From Candidatus Latescibacterota bacterium (GTDB lineage: Bacteria > Latescibacterota > UBA2968 > GCA-2709665), in the NCBI GenBank assembly GCA_965248435.1, contig OZ252100.1, forward strand, positions 1,600,001 to 1,664,000: a stretch of 64,000 bases of DNA, read 5' to 3'. The notes beneath the pieces are model-generated. The model saw nothing but the letters and a program-made list of their open reading frames with translations, was not told the origin of the DNA and did no database searches. Shown here piece after piece: positions 1 to 9,918 of the stretch (positions within the stretch are counted from its first letter, which is position 1; each line of letters starts with the position of its first letter). A program made the position numbers and the translations under genes.

Positions 1-780
1 GTCGCTGAGACAGGGCTGAAAGGCGGTCTGGGCGGAAAACGCATCGTGGTACAAGGCCTCGGAAACGTCGGCTACCACGCGGCGAAATTCCTCTCAGAGG
101 AAGATGAGGGCCTAATCACCGGCATCATCGAGCGAGACGGGGCCATCGTCTCTGAAAAGGGACTTTCTGTGGAGGAGGTCTCCAAGTACAAGCAAGAGAC
201 CGGGGGCGTCAAAGGGTTCCCCGGTGCAGACTATGTCGAGAACGGAAACACCGTCCTCGAAGCCGACTGCGACCTCCTCATCCCGGCGGCCCTCGAAGGC
301 CAGATCACGCTGGAAAACGCCCCGAGAATCAGGGCCCCACTCATCGCCGAAGCCGCGAACGGTCCGGTCACCTTCGAAGCGGATAACTATCTTCGCGAGC
401 ACGGGAAGATCATCATCCCTGACGCCTACGTGAACGCAGGGGGTGTCACGGTCTCCTATTTCGAGTGGATCAAGAATCTCTCGCATATCAAGTTCGGGCG
501 CCTGGACCGTCGGCACGAAGAGATGCGCGGGCAGAACGTGATGGACGCGATCGAAGATGCGACCGGCAAGAGGATTCCAGATGCCTTTCGGTCCAAGCTC
601 AGCAAGGGGCCCGACGAAATCGATCTGGTCCGTTCCGGCCTGGACGACACGATGCGTGAGGCCTATCAGCATATCAGGGAAATCTATCGAACCAAGGACG
701 ACGTCCCGGATCTCAGGACCGCCTCATTCGCGCTGGCCATCCGGAGGATTTCCCAGGCCTATCTCGAAATGGGGCTGTAG
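1..780 (+). CDS. gdhA: Glu/Leu/Phe/Val dehydrogenase (glutamate dehydrogenase), 5'-truncated by the window edge
   Basis: Frame open from base 1. Contains VQGLGNVG Rossmann motif, EAANGP and NAGGVTVSYFEW signatures. Confidence 0.9.
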   Translation, partial: VAETGLKGGLGGKRIVVQGLGNVGYHAAKFLSEEDEGLITGIIERDGAIVSEKGLSVEEVSKYKQETGGVKGFPGADYVENGNTVLEADCDLLIPAALEGQITLENAPRIRAPLIAEAANGPVTFEADNYLREHGKIIIPDAYVNAGGVTVSYFEWIKNLSHIKFGRLDRRHEEMRGQNVMDAIEDATGKRIPDAFRSKLSKGPDEIDLVRSGLDDTMREAYQHIREIYRTKDDVPDLRTASFALAIRRISQAYLEMGL

Positions 781-927
781 CATGAGTCTAACGAAGCCTG
801 GCACGACCGCAGACCACAGACGGCGCTGGTGAGGATGCACAGCTAGAGGAAGGATGATTTAAGAGGAAGGATTTGAGTTGGTGAACGGGGGGTGAGGCCC
901 TTCGCGTTCAAGTTAGCGTCGTCTACA

Positions 928-2232
928 TCACAGCCGCGGTCCGTCGTCCGCGGTCCATTTCCTGATTTGTTCCCCCGCATACAACGCCTGATGCAGCACG
1001 GCCTCATAGAGCTGATCCCGCTCACTGTTTGGAATGCGCTCACCTTTCTCATCCCTGTAGTCAATCACGTGCGAATAGACCGGCGGCATCGGAAGACCTC
1101 GCGATCTGTAGAACGCACACAGTCCGCGGAAGTCGTCCATCGCCTCCGCTTGAAGATGCGGAAACCCGAATTTTGCATCCTGTTCCTGGTCCAGCCGCAG
1201 GTGCGCGTGGATCCGCATCTCGTCCAGCCCGTCGATCAGCTCGGGCCGATCGCGAAGGTCGGTCAGGTGCTCCGTGATGAAACCGCGCCAGTCCCCCTTC
1301 CTGCCCTGCACCTGTACCAGAATCGGCGACCCATCCGCGTAGTGTGAGATGAAGTCAGCCAGCTTCGGGTGCTCGGACGGCTGCTCCAGGCGGGTCGAGT
1401 TTCCAAGGTTGATCCCGCAGACCCCGATGCCGTGGTCCGCGTAGATTCTCGCATGTTCAGTCGGATCCGCGAAGTTCATCCGGCTGTGCCCCGCGTCAAG
1501 CCGGATCTGCACGACCTCCTTCAGGATCTTTTTCGCCTCCGCTTCACTCACGCCGAGTTCCTCGACGATCAGATCCCTGCCCTCTACCGACAGGTACTCA
1601 TCCCAAAATGCGACGACTTCCTCGGCGTACATCAGGCTCTGACCGCGAGTCGGGTCCAGCCCGACCATCAGCCGCTTTCCTGAGGCCTCGGACAGCCGGA
1701 AGAGTTCGGCCGCGACGCGCGCCACGTTCCGCGCGATCAGTGGATTCAGCTCCGCTTCGCGCCCTTCTATATCGCTTCGCATGATCCCCGCCAGAGACTG
1801 AACGAAGATGTGTGGGACGGTTCCGTTGTGCAGGTGCGGCAGCAGATGCAGCCCCTTGCGCATCGTCTCGAGCTTCTGGTCTTCCGCCCAGGACACGCCG
1901 TTCCTCGCGATCAGGTCCTCCCGGGAGGTCCCCCACTTCATCGACCCTCCTGCAATCCCCGTCGCGATCAATCGGCGATCCGCCAGGTGTTCCTTCAGCC
2001 GCCCGAGCTCGCGGGTTTCCCTGTAGCCCTCCCCTTCCTCGATCAGAAGGCCGTCTACGACAGGGCCCGCGAGGCGCACTTCACAGACCGGGTCCAGCCC
2101 GACCCGCGCGAGTTCCGCTTCCATCCCGGGGTAAATGTTCTCCACGATATCGACCAGGTCCTCCGCCGTCTCCCGCCCGGAAAAGACCCTTACCCCGCCT
2201 ACTCCGAAGGGAATCCCGTTACTATTCTTCAT
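928..2232 (-). CDS. Divergent EboE-like xylose-isomerase-type TIM-barrel protein
   Basis: Segments GKRLMVGLDP..EEVVAFW..LGVSEAEA..QIRLDAGH..FADP..GIGV and EMRIHAH resemble EboE motifs by recall. SD-like GGAGGG upstream. Confidence 0.55.
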   Translation of the reverse strand: MKNSNGIPFGVGGVRVFSGRETAEDLVDIVENIYPGMEAELARVGLDPVCEVRLAGPVVDGLLIEEGEGYRETRELGRLKEHLADRRLIATGIAGGSMKWGTSREDLIARNGVSWAEDQKLETMRKGLHLLPHLHNGTVPHIFVQSLAGIMRSDIEGREAELNPLIARNVARVAAELFRLSEASGKRLMVGLDPTRGQSLMYAEEVVAFWDEYLSVEGRDLIVEELGVSEAEAKKILKEVVQIRLDAGHSRMNFADPTEHARIYADHGIGVCGINLGNSTRLEQPSEHPKLADFISHYADGSPILVQVQGRKGDWRGFITEHLTDLRDRPELIDGLDEMRIHAHLRLDQEQDAKFGFPHLQAEAMDDFRGLCAFYRSRGLPMPPVYSHVIDYRDEKGERIPNSERDQLYEAVLHQALYAGEQIRKWTADDGPRL

Positions 2233-2461
2233 TTCAAGCCCTCCAGGAAGGTTTTCTTAATGCCAGGCTGAAAAATTGTATAATTAACCTATTAATAATA
2301 AATGCTTTATGATCTAATTCTCAATCCCGGGCAGTCGTGTGATCTGGAATACATCGCCTCAGACGTTTCATACCGATTCATGAGAATAGGGACGGAGGCA
2401 CGCCTCGCAGTTCCGATATCGGCAGATGAGTATGAAGCCCGTTTCAACATCAGTGGAAACC

Positions 2462-2815
2462 ATGGCCAACATCATTGTCATCGATGACGATCTGTTCGTG
2501 CGGGACGTCATAGCCAAGGCACTTCAGATGCACGGCCACGACGTCCAGGCCTTCGAGGACGGAGGACCGGCGCTCGAGCTTGGCGATTTCGAGAAGGCCG
2601 ACCTGCTGATCACCGACCTGCGGATGCCGACGCCCGGGGACGAGGTCGTTTCCACACTCAAAGAACGAGGCGTAAAGATTCCCATGATCGTCCTCAGCGG
2701 TTACCTGGACAAAGATCAAACGGAGCGCCTCGACAAACTTGGCGTGGTACAGATGCTGGAGAAACCGTTCAAGGTCCTTGAGATGGTTCAAATCGTCAAC
2801 ATATGGCTCGCTTAA
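2462..2815 (+). CDS. Single-domain response regulator (CheY-like receiver)
   Basis: IIVIDDD, TDLRMP (phospho-Asp), LSG and KPF motifs. Start placed at MANII. Confidence 0.88.
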   Translation: MANIIVIDDDLFVRDVIAKALQMHGHDVQAFEDGGPALELGDFEKADLLITDLRMPTPGDEVVSTLKERGVKIPMIVLSGYLDKDQTERLDKLGVVQMLEKPFKVLEMVQIVNIWLA

Positions 2816-2820
2816 AGGTG

Positions 2821-2923
2821 GACGGCAGACCACAGACCGCGGACCGCGGCTTTGCCGTCCACGATTCACGATTCACGATTCCCGGTTTTATTCCGCAATC
2901 CCAAATCCGCAATCCGCAATTGA
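2821..2923. repeat. Cluster of heptamer tandem repeats (GACCRCR, CACGATT, TCCGCAA)
   Basis: gacggca gaccaca gaccgcg gaccgcg; (cacgatt)x3; tccgcaatcccaaatccgcaatccgcaattg, which recurs identically at 15821. Confidence 0.85.
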
Positions 2924-2941
2924 ATCCCGATCCACGCTCTT

Positions 2942-4300
2942 CTAACTTACCTCACATCCACTAAGCCTGCACACCACATCGAACACCACCTGCGTCGCGA
3001 ACTGGACGTTATAGGTCGAGACCCGCTCATCGTGACCGTGCGCGAGCTCATAGAAGTTGAAATTCGGCTCCCATCGCATCGGTATGAACCCGTAGATCTG
3101 GATGTCCAGATGGGCGAGCCACCTCGCGTCGGTACCGCCCGTCGATAGATGCGGCGCGACCGCCGCCTCAGGATCGAATCGCGCGACCGAGGACCGGATC
3201 GCGTCGAACAGTTCTGTTTCGTGATCGAACTCGTTCGCCGGATTGAACGGGCGCGCCTCCTCGGTCTCGATCTCGACGTCCTCCCCGACGATCTCCCTCA
3301 ACTCTTTCGTGAACGTCGCCTCGTCCACGCCCGGAAGCGGCCGCCCGCTCAGCGACACCCGGGCCTCGGACGGGATCACGTTCCGCTTCAGCCCCGCGTT
3401 CATCATCGTCGGGGCGCAGGTGTTCCGGAGCGTCGCATCCAGCATCAGCCGGGTCGGCTCGTCCACGGGCAGTTCCTTCAGTGCGGCATCTGCCTCAGCT
3501 GGGTCCAGAAGCTTCAGCGCCAGGTCACGCACCTCCGGCCGCCTCTGTGCCTCCGCGATCCCTTCGATGAAGGCGCCGCCGCTCCTCGTCACACGGTGGG
3601 GCATCTTTTGCTCCCCAAGGGCCTGGAGGACCCTGCCCAGGTGCGCGATCGCGTTGTCGCCGTGCGGAACGGAGCTGTGTCCGGGCCTCCCCCTCGAGAT
3701 CAGATCGACCGCCGCACCTCCCTTTTCACCCACCTGGCAGGTATAGATCGGCATTCCGTCCACCTTGACCGCATACCCGCCCCCTTCGTTGATTCCGAAC
3801 TCCGCGTCGAAGACCTCGGGGTGGTGTTCGGCCAGCCATCGGATGCCGTAGGACGCCCCCATCTCCTCGTCGCCGGCCGCGACGACCACGAGGTCCCGTT
3901 CCAGGGGAAGTCCAAGACGTTTGCAGAGCCGGATCACCTGGACCCCCACCACCGCCGTCAGCTTGGAATCGAACGCGCCGCGTCCCCAGACGTAGCCGTC
4001 GGCCACCTCTCCCGCGAACGGGGGATGCGTCCACTTGTCCGGCTCGGCCGGCACGACATCGGTGTGAGACATCAGCAGCAGCGGTCGCTTCTTTCCCGTC
4101 CCCTTCAGACGAACCACAACGTTTCCCCGCTCTGGCGTCGACTTCAGGACCTGCGGGTCGAGCCCCTCCCCTTTCAGCAGGCCCTCGAGGTAGAGGGCCA
4201 GCGGCAGTTCGTTTCCGGGAGGATTCGTCGTGTCGAACCGAAGCAGCTCTTGAAGGAGGGCCACGCCCTCATTACCCACGTCGTCCCAGTCTACTCGCAT
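2942..4300 (-). CDS. M20/M25/M40 family metallo-hydrolase (ArgE/DapE/Acy1-like)
   Basis: SHTDVVP, GRGAFDSK, DEEMG, NEGGG, GHSS, GGTDAR and HGHDER motifs. AGGAG SD before ATG 4300. Confidence 0.9.
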   Translation of the reverse strand: MRVDWDDVGNEGVALLQELLRFDTTNPPGNELPLALYLEGLLKGEGLDPQVLKSTPERGNVVVRLKGTGKKRPLLLMSHTDVVPAEPDKWTHPPFAGEVADGYVWGRGAFDSKLTAVVGVQVIRLCKRLGLPLERDLVVVAAGDEEMGASYGIRWLAEHHPEVFDAEFGINEGGGYAVKVDGMPIYTCQVGEKGGAAVDLISRGRPGHSSVPHGDNAIAHLGRVLQALGEQKMPHRVTRSGGAFIEGIAEAQRRPEVRDLALKLLDPAEADAALKELPVDEPTRLMLDATLRNTCAPTMMNAGLKRNVIPSEARVSLSGRPLPGVDEATFTKELREIVGEDVEIETEEARPFNPANEFDHETELFDAIRSSVARFDPEAAVAPHLSTGGTDARWLAHLDIQIYGFIPMRWEPNFNFYELAHGHDERVSTYNVQFATQVVFDVVCRLSGCEVS

Positions 4301-4452
4301 TGCTTCTCCTTTGAGTATCCCGGCCAATATCAAACGACTAACCGCTTGTGTCAAGCGGTTCCCTGAATCACAATCGACTTGCGCAGGTTTGCTCAATTGC
4401 GTAGAATCTTGTGTTTAACCGATTAGGATACCGCATTGTGAGGTATATTTCC

Positions 4453-4478
4453 GTAGGGGCAGGCCCCCGCGCCTGCCC
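4453..4478 (+). repeat. GTAG-type REP palindrome, copy A1
   Basis: GTAG + GGGCAGGC-ccccgc-GCCTGCCC. Near-identical copy at 7764. Confidence 0.8.
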
Positions 4479-4531
4479 GTGCTCTTCGCTCAAAGATTCG
4501 GGTCTTTTGTATCCAGGTAATTCAGAATGCC

Positions 4532-4656
4532 GTAGTCGCACCCTTCAGGGTGCGGCAGGCTGACACCAGATTCGTGAGGCCTGCGCTGTCTTCGACTGAA
4601 TCAGCACCCTTTACTCGGATTTCACGGGGGTGCCGCAGGCTAAAGCCTGCGACTAC
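4532..4656. repeat. Inverted pair of GTAG-REPs (REPIN-like)
   Basis: GTAGTCGCACCCTTCAGGGTGCG at 4532-4554 (+) and GTAGTCGCAGGCTTTAGCCTGCG at 4656-4634 (-). Confidence 0.8.
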
Positions 4657-4699
4657 ATTAGAATCGGCCCCGAAACTCGGGCAACGGAAATCCCGAAGA

Positions 4700-5368
4700 A
4701 TGGACGACTCGAAACCTCCTAGGCTTCTCGGACGACACCTCGCACCCCCGGCGCTCTGCCTCTTTCTGATTCTCATCGCCTTCCAACCCCTCTCCGCCGA
4801 TTCCATAGAAAACTACAAGCAGGTCCCGATCAAAGAGGGCGACCGCTGCTTCATCTGCAATATCGAACTGGTGGACGGCGGGGTCGCATTCATCTACCGC
4901 GGCAGGCGCGTCACGGTCGCCTCTTTTCACGTCCAACAATTCCTCGATGCTCCCCTGAAGTACTTTTCCAGGCTGCAGCCCAGGGGTGCCCTGTTTCAAG
5001 AGGACGCGATCCTCGAAAGACCGATGTGGTCGGGCTGGCTCCTGCTCGGCATCTGGTTGGCGGTGGGTCTGGTCTCTGCCGCGATCTCTACCCACCTCGC
5101 CCTCAGAAAGGGTCTGCCGCCCGTCACCTGGTTTGCGATCGGGCTGGCCACCAACCTCTTCGGCCTGCTGCTCCTGCTCAGACACCGCGCGGAGGCAGAC
5201 GTCTCTCTACCACCGCACCTGGCCAAGATCCCCACCACTCTCAACCCGGTTGAATGTCCCGCCTGCCGTGCTGAGAACCACCCGTCCGCAAAGCAGTGCT
5301 CCGCGTGCGGGGCTCAGTTGAACCCCACAGCCGTGTCCGAAGTGGAGCGGAGCGGGATGGCCCCGTAA
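4700..5368 (+). CDS. Membrane protein with N-terminal signal/TM, a CxxC YHS/TRASH-like segment, two TM helices and a C-terminal zinc ribbon
   Basis: CFIC..YRGRRV..FLDAPLKYF, hydrophobic helices, CPAC..N...CSACG. The upstream part of the long ORF overlaps REPs, so start set at 4700. Confidence 0.7.
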   Translation: MDDSKPPRLLGRHLAPPALCLFLILIAFQPLSADSIENYKQVPIKEGDRCFICNIELVDGGVAFIYRGRRVTVASFHVQQFLDAPLKYFSRLQPRGALFQEDAILERPMWSGWLLLGIWLAVGLVSAAISTHLALRKGLPPVTWFAIGLATNLFGLLLLLRHRAEADVSLPPHLAKIPTTLNPVECPACRAENHPSAKQCSACGAQLNPTAVSEVERSGMAP

Positions 5369-5389
5369 CCCTCTCCATCAAAATCATCC

Positions 5390-7681
5390 TTGGAAGGATC
5401 GTCTGATTTGTTTCGACGCATTCAGACCTGGTTAGAAGGCAACTTCTTTGCGACAGCGGACGGCCCGTCCAGACGTCCGCAGCTCTCGAAAGACCGTGAA
5501 AGCAACATCCGCGGTCTTTTCATCGTCGGAGACCTGGCCGGGGCGCCCGTAATCAAACTGGCCATGGAGCAGGGCTACGACACGATCGAGCACATCGCTG
5601 CACTGCCTCGCCCAGACAAAGACAGTGAAGACATCCTCGACGTCATCATCGTCGGCGCGGGCGCGGCCGGCCTCAACGCTGCCCTCGCAGCCAAGGACAA
5701 GGGCCTCTCATGCCTGCTGCTCGAAAAAGAGAAGATCGCAAACACGATCGAAAATTTCCCGGAAGGAAAATGGGTCTACGCGGAGCCTGACACCGTGCCT
5801 CCGAAGGGCAAGCTCTGGCTGGATGGGGCACGAAAAGAAGACCTGATCAAGCGATGGCACCAGATAGTGGATGAACACGGGCTGGATGTCCGCACCGAAG
5901 AGCCTCTGACCGGACTGTCGAAAGAATTCGGTCTGTTCACGATCACGACGCCGAAGGCCACATACCGCGCCTGCTTTATCGTCCTTGCCACCGGACAGCG
6001 CGGAAATCCCCGGAAGCTCGGGGTCTCGGGCGAAGAACAGGAGCACGTCTACCACCGGCTCTACAGCCCGCGCAAGTATCACGATGAGGACATCCTGGTC
6101 GTGGGCGGCGGCAACAGCGCGATCGAAGCCGCGCTCACATTGAGCGACCAGAACCACGTCACCCTGTCGTATCGTGGAGCCGAGTTCGCGCGCCTCTTCA
6201 AGGACAACCGGCAGGCGCTCGATCAAGCCGTTGAAGCCGGAAAGGTCCGTCTGGTTCTCAGCTCCAACGTGACCCGCTTCGAGAACGGGTCGGCGGTCCT
6301 GTCTCTGGACGGCGAACCCGAGACCCCCATCGCTGCGGATCACGCCTTCATCCTCATCGGTTCCGAAGTCCCTGTCACCTTCCTCAAATCGCTCGGCATC
6401 AAGCTGGAGAACGAATGGAGCGGCTCGCTCCTCCGCAGCGTCGCCGTCGGGCTCGCCGCCCTCGTCGGCCTCTGGTTCACCGGCGGACAGACCGACCTCG
6501 TCCCCGAAACCAGCGCATCCCTGTCCGAAGTCGCAGGCATCGTCCTGGCTGCAGTCTCCGTCCTCGCCCTCATCCTCCTCGGCCGTGCCGGTGACCGGTG
6601 GGCCTGGCTCTGCCTCTCCTTCATTGTTTGGTACACCATCTACGGCGTTAAAGTCGGGAGCGGCGAGGAATTCTGGCCCTTCAAGAACTGGGGTTATTCC
6701 GCGTTCTCCTTTTTCGACCGCCCCTGGAGCTTCTGGTATACGGTGATGTACACCGGACTGATGACCGTCTTCGGCATCCAGGCCCTGAAGCGCTGGGGCC
6801 TGGACCGTAAAGATCGCTTTCAGGTCTGGCGCTTCGTCTGCCTGATCGGGTTCCAGGTCCTCTTCTTCTTCATCATCCCGGAATTCCTCTTTCAGTGGGC
6901 CGTCAAGTTCCGCTGGGTCGGCGACCTTGCGGACGACCCAGTGTTCGCGGAGCAGGGCTGGCGCAGCTACGGCATCATCTACGCCTGGCCGCTCTTCTTC
7001 TACACCTTCTTCTACAACCCGCATCATATCTGGGTCATCTGGGGCGTGCTTCTCACTTTCGTGATCATCCCCATCTTCGTCCTGTTCAACGGTAAGCGCT
7101 ACTGCTCCTGGATCTGCGGCTGTGGCGGCCTGGCCGAGACCTTCGGAGACCGATGGAGGCATCTCGCGCCCAAAGGCAAGTCCGCCCTTAAATGGGAAGG
7201 CATGAACTTCGTGGTACTCTTCCTGGCCACAGCGGTCACGGTCATCATGCTCGTCAAGGATACCTGGGGCCTGTTCTACGAGCAGGCCGATCTCTCCATG
7301 GCGATCTATCGCATCTCCGTCGACGTCTGGCTCATCGGTATCCTCCCCGTCACCCTCTATCCCTTCCTCGGCGGCAAGATCTGGTGCCGCTACTGGTGTC
7401 CCCTCGCCAAGATGATGGACCTCATGTCCAAGCTTTACCTCAAGCTGGGCATCAGCAGGTATCACATCACCTCCAACGACAAGTGCATCGCCTGCAACGA
7501 GTGTTCTCGGAACTGCCTCGTCGGCATCGACGTCATGTCCTTCGCCATGAAGCAGGAAGTCCTCGACAACTCGAACAGCTCATGCATCGGTTGCGGCATC
7601 TGCGTCACCGTCTGCCCGATGGACGTCCTCTCGTTTACCCCTCGCCCTCAGCAACCGCTGGTGCAGGTCGAATCGGCCTGA
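5390..7681 (+). CDS. Fusion of a thioredoxin-reductase-like NAD(P)/FAD oxidoreductase and a polytopic membrane 4Fe-4S domain (NapH/YccM-like)
   Basis: IVGAGAAG and VVGGGNSA Rossmann motifs, many TM helices, YCSWICGCG, WCRYWCP, and ferredoxin motifs CIACNECSRNC and CIGCGICVTVCP. Confidence 0.85.
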   Translation: MEGSSDLFRRIQTWLEGNFFATADGPSRRPQLSKDRESNIRGLFIVGDLAGAPVIKLAMEQGYDTIEHIAALPRPDKDSEDILDVIIVGAGAAGLNAALAAKDKGLSCLLLEKEKIANTIENFPEGKWVYAEPDTVPPKGKLWLDGARKEDLIKRWHQIVDEHGLDVRTEEPLTGLSKEFGLFTITTPKATYRACFIVLATGQRGNPRKLGVSGEEQEHVYHRLYSPRKYHDEDILVVGGGNSAIEAALTLSDQNHVTLSYRGAEFARLFKDNRQALDQAVEAGKVRLVLSSNVTRFENGSAVLSLDGEPETPIAADHAFILIGSEVPVTFLKSLGIKLENEWSGSLLRSVAVGLAALVGLWFTGGQTDLVPETSASLSEVAGIVLAAVSVLALILLGRAGDRWAWLCLSFIVWYTIYGVKVGSGEEFWPFKNWGYSAFSFFDRPWSFWYTVMYTGLMTVFGIQALKRWGLDRKDRFQVWRFVCLIGFQVLFFFIIPEFLFQWAVKFRWVGDLADDPVFAEQGWRSYGIIYAWPLFFYTFFYNPHHIWVIWGVLLTFVIIPIFVLFNGKRYCSWICGCGGLAETFGDRWRHLAPKGKSALKWEGMNFVVLFLATAVTVIMLVKDTWGLFYEQADLSMAIYRISVDVWLIGILPVTLYPFLGGKIWCRYWCPLAKMMDLMSKLYLKLGISRYHITSNDKCIACNECSRNCLVGIDVMSFAMKQEVLDNSNSSCIGCGICVTVCPMDVLSFTPRPQQPLVQVESA

Positions 7682-7763
7682 TCCCGCGGTTTCGATTGCC
7701 TGTTACGTCCCCCGTGAAAATTCATTATCTTGTTTACCATAGCGTCTTCACCGGATGTATCGT

Positions 7764-7789
7764 GTAGGGGCAGGCCTCCGTGCCTGCCC
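7764..7789 (+). repeat. GTAG-type REP palindrome, copy A2
   Basis: GTAGGGGCAGGCCTCCGTGCCTGCCC, matching 4453-4478. Confidence 0.8.
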
Positions 7790-7855
7790 GACTTTTGGCC
7801 ACCGGTGGCCTGATTTCATCACCACGATCCACGACTCACGAATACCGGAGGCATC

Positions 7856-8695
7856 ATGCCATCGCCTGTAATCGATAACCGAGATTGGTCAAAGCTGACC
7901 CTCGGCCAGCGCATCCAGCAGCTCGAGGTCGAAGGCTACTTCGTCCTGCCCAACCTGCTCACGCCGGACCAGATCGCACGCATCAAGGCCCAAACGGCCC
8001 AGCTCCCCACCACCGGCGCCGATTACAGTGTCCACAAACAGGTCTGTTCACACGTCGAATTCACCGGCGGGGCGATCACCGAGCTCGCGGCCCATCCCCC
8101 GACCCTCGCATTCCTGAAGGAGCTCTTCGGAGACGAGATCCTCATCATCTCTTACGACTACCAGCGCTCCGAACCGGGCCACCCCGGTATCAGCCTGCAC
8201 ACCGACGGCCAGCCCTGGGGCTCCAATATTTTCGGCTATGAGGGGACCTGTCCCAAGATCGTCCGCGTGCTCTACTACCTGGACGACCTCACGCAGGACG
8301 TCTCCCCCTTCCGTGTTGTCCCCCGGTCTCACCTCTCGTTCCACGTCGACCGGAATCCCTACACGCGGTATGAATCCCATCCCGAAGAGGTCATGGTCCC
8401 GGCGAAGGCCGGTTCGGCCGTCTTCCTGAACCACTTCACGTTTCACGGCAACTTTCCCAACACCGGCGATCGGTCTCGCGAGCTGCTGGCCATCGCCTAT
8501 CGCCCGGGCTGGGCAGGACCGGTGCAGGAGGTGCCGCGCTGGGACGAATCTGAAGTCGCGAAGCTCCCGGATCACATCCGCCCGCTCTATGGAGACACAA
8601 ACACCCGTCACTGGGACCACGAAGGTGGCAACAAACCGGCCGACATGAAAAACGAAGCACCGGGCATGAATCCGAGCCGTTGGGAGAGAGTCTGA
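7856..8695 (+). CDS. Phytanoyl-CoA dioxygenase (PhyH) family Fe(II)/2OG dioxygenase, copy 1
   Basis: EVEGYFVLPNLL, HxD (LHTDG), VVPRSH, FHGNFPN..R. GGAGG SD. Confidence 0.88.
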   Translation: MPSPVIDNRDWSKLTLGQRIQQLEVEGYFVLPNLLTPDQIARIKAQTAQLPTTGADYSVHKQVCSHVEFTGGAITELAAHPPTLAFLKELFGDEILIISYDYQRSEPGHPGISLHTDGQPWGSNIFGYEGTCPKIVRVLYYLDDLTQDVSPFRVVPRSHLSFHVDRNPYTRYESHPEEVMVPAKAGSAVFLNHFTFHGNFPNTGDRSRELLAIAYRPGWAGPVQEVPRWDESEVAKLPDHIRPLYGDTNTRHWDHEGGNKPADMKNEAPGMNPSRWERV

Positions 8696-8728
8696 CGGCG
8701 GACTGCAGACCGCAGACCGCGGACGGCA
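8694..8728. repeat. GACCGCA-type heptamer tandem (5 units)
   Basis: gacggcg gactgca gaccgca gaccgcg gacggca. Confidence 0.8.
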
Positions 8729-8924
8729 GTGGTAATACAAGGAGCATCGCCCCCGTGTCCCCGAGTGCCCTCTGGCTTACGTATCAACTCTACTCTCACA
8801 AGGGATCTCGCGGGAGTATCGAGGGGCGTGGGATCAGGAAATCGTTACCATTCGACTGCTTTGATGTTTCCGTGCCCTTCCGTGCTTCTTCGTTTCTTTC
8901 CTTATCCAACTTTCTGGAGTCGTT

Positions 8925-9764
8925 ATGTCCAACCCACGCATCGACGACCGCGATTGGTCGAAACTCATGCTGGGTGAGCGCATCCGCCAGATCGAAGTCG
9001 AGGGCTACGTCGTCATCCCCGACCTGCTCTCACCCGATCACCTCGCCCGCCTGAAGTCCATTACGGACAACCTGGAGACTCACCACGTGGACTACAGCGT
9101 TCATCAGCGGGGCGCGCGCGACGTCCAGTGGATCGGCGGGGAACTCACCGAGCTGATCGCCCACCCGCCCACCATCGCCTTCCTCCGCGAGCTGTTCGGC
9201 GACGAGATCATCTTCTCGCACTACAACTACGCCCGTTCCGAGCCCGGTCACCCCGGCATCAGCCTCCACACTGACGGACAGCCGTTCGGCTCCACGATCT
9301 TCGGCTATCTCGGAAGCGTGCCCGCCATGGTCCGCGTCCTCTACTACCTGGACGACCTCACGCCCGAGATCTCCCCGTTCCGCGTCATCCCCCGTTCTCA
9401 CCTCTCCTTCCACGCCGACGGCAATCCCTACCAGCGGTTCGAGGGCCATCCCGAGGAGCTGATGGTCCCTGCAAAGGCCGGCTCCGCCTGCCTGATCAAT
9501 CACCGTGTCTTCCACGGCAACTTCCCGAACGTCGGCGACCAGCCCCGTTCCATGCTCGCCATCGCCTACCGCCCGGGCTGGGCCGGACCACTCGAAGAGG
9601 TCGATTCGTGGGATCCTGAAAAGGTGGCGTCGCTTCCGAACGCCGTGAAACCCTTCTTCAAGGACCGCAACTCCCGCGAGTGGGTCTTCGACGGCGCCAA
9701 CAAACCGGCCGGAATGAAGCGCGAAGCGCCGGGCATGAATCCCAGCCGATGGGAGCGGAAATAA
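8925..9764 (+). CDS. PhyH family Fe(II)/2OG dioxygenase, copy 2 (tandem paralog)
   Basis: Same length (279 aa) and motifs as 7856-8695. Both end EAPGMNPSRWER. Confidence 0.88.
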   Translation: MSNPRIDDRDWSKLMLGERIRQIEVEGYVVIPDLLSPDHLARLKSITDNLETHHVDYSVHQRGARDVQWIGGELTELIAHPPTIAFLRELFGDEIIFSHYNYARSEPGHPGISLHTDGQPFGSTIFGYLGSVPAMVRVLYYLDDLTPEISPFRVIPRSHLSFHADGNPYQRFEGHPEELMVPAKAGSACLINHRVFHGNFPNVGDQPRSMLAIAYRPGWAGPLEEVDSWDPEKVASLPNAVKPFFKDRNSREWVFDGANKPAGMKREAPGMNPSRWERK

Positions 9765-9769
9765 GAACC

Positions 9770-9900
9770 GACCGCGGACCACAGACCGCGGACCGCAGCA
9801 GCATACAGAATCATAGTCAATCACCGCTTGCCGCAGTCTGTCGACTGCAGACTGAAACCGCCTGGGTTTCCCGCCGTCTGCGGTCTGCCGTCTGCGGTCC
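9770..9900. repeat. Inverted blocks of GACCGCR heptamers
   Basis: gaccgcg gaccaca gaccgcg gaccgca near 9770 and the reverse-oriented cgccgtc tgcggtc tgccgtc tgcggtc near 9873-9900. Confidence 0.75.
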
Positions 9901-9918
9901 ACATCAAAGGAGCAACAC

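Noticed and set aside
2821-2923. Short repeats as a possible CRISPR array
   Set aside because: Units are 7-nt tandem repeats without unique spacers, and there are no cas genes.
5708-7465. 585-aa antisense ORF and similar long shadow ORFs (3149-4366, 23110-24306, 29999-31219, 44519-46033)
   Set aside because: They lie opposite well-supported genes and are expected from high-GC codon bias. No recognisable motifs.
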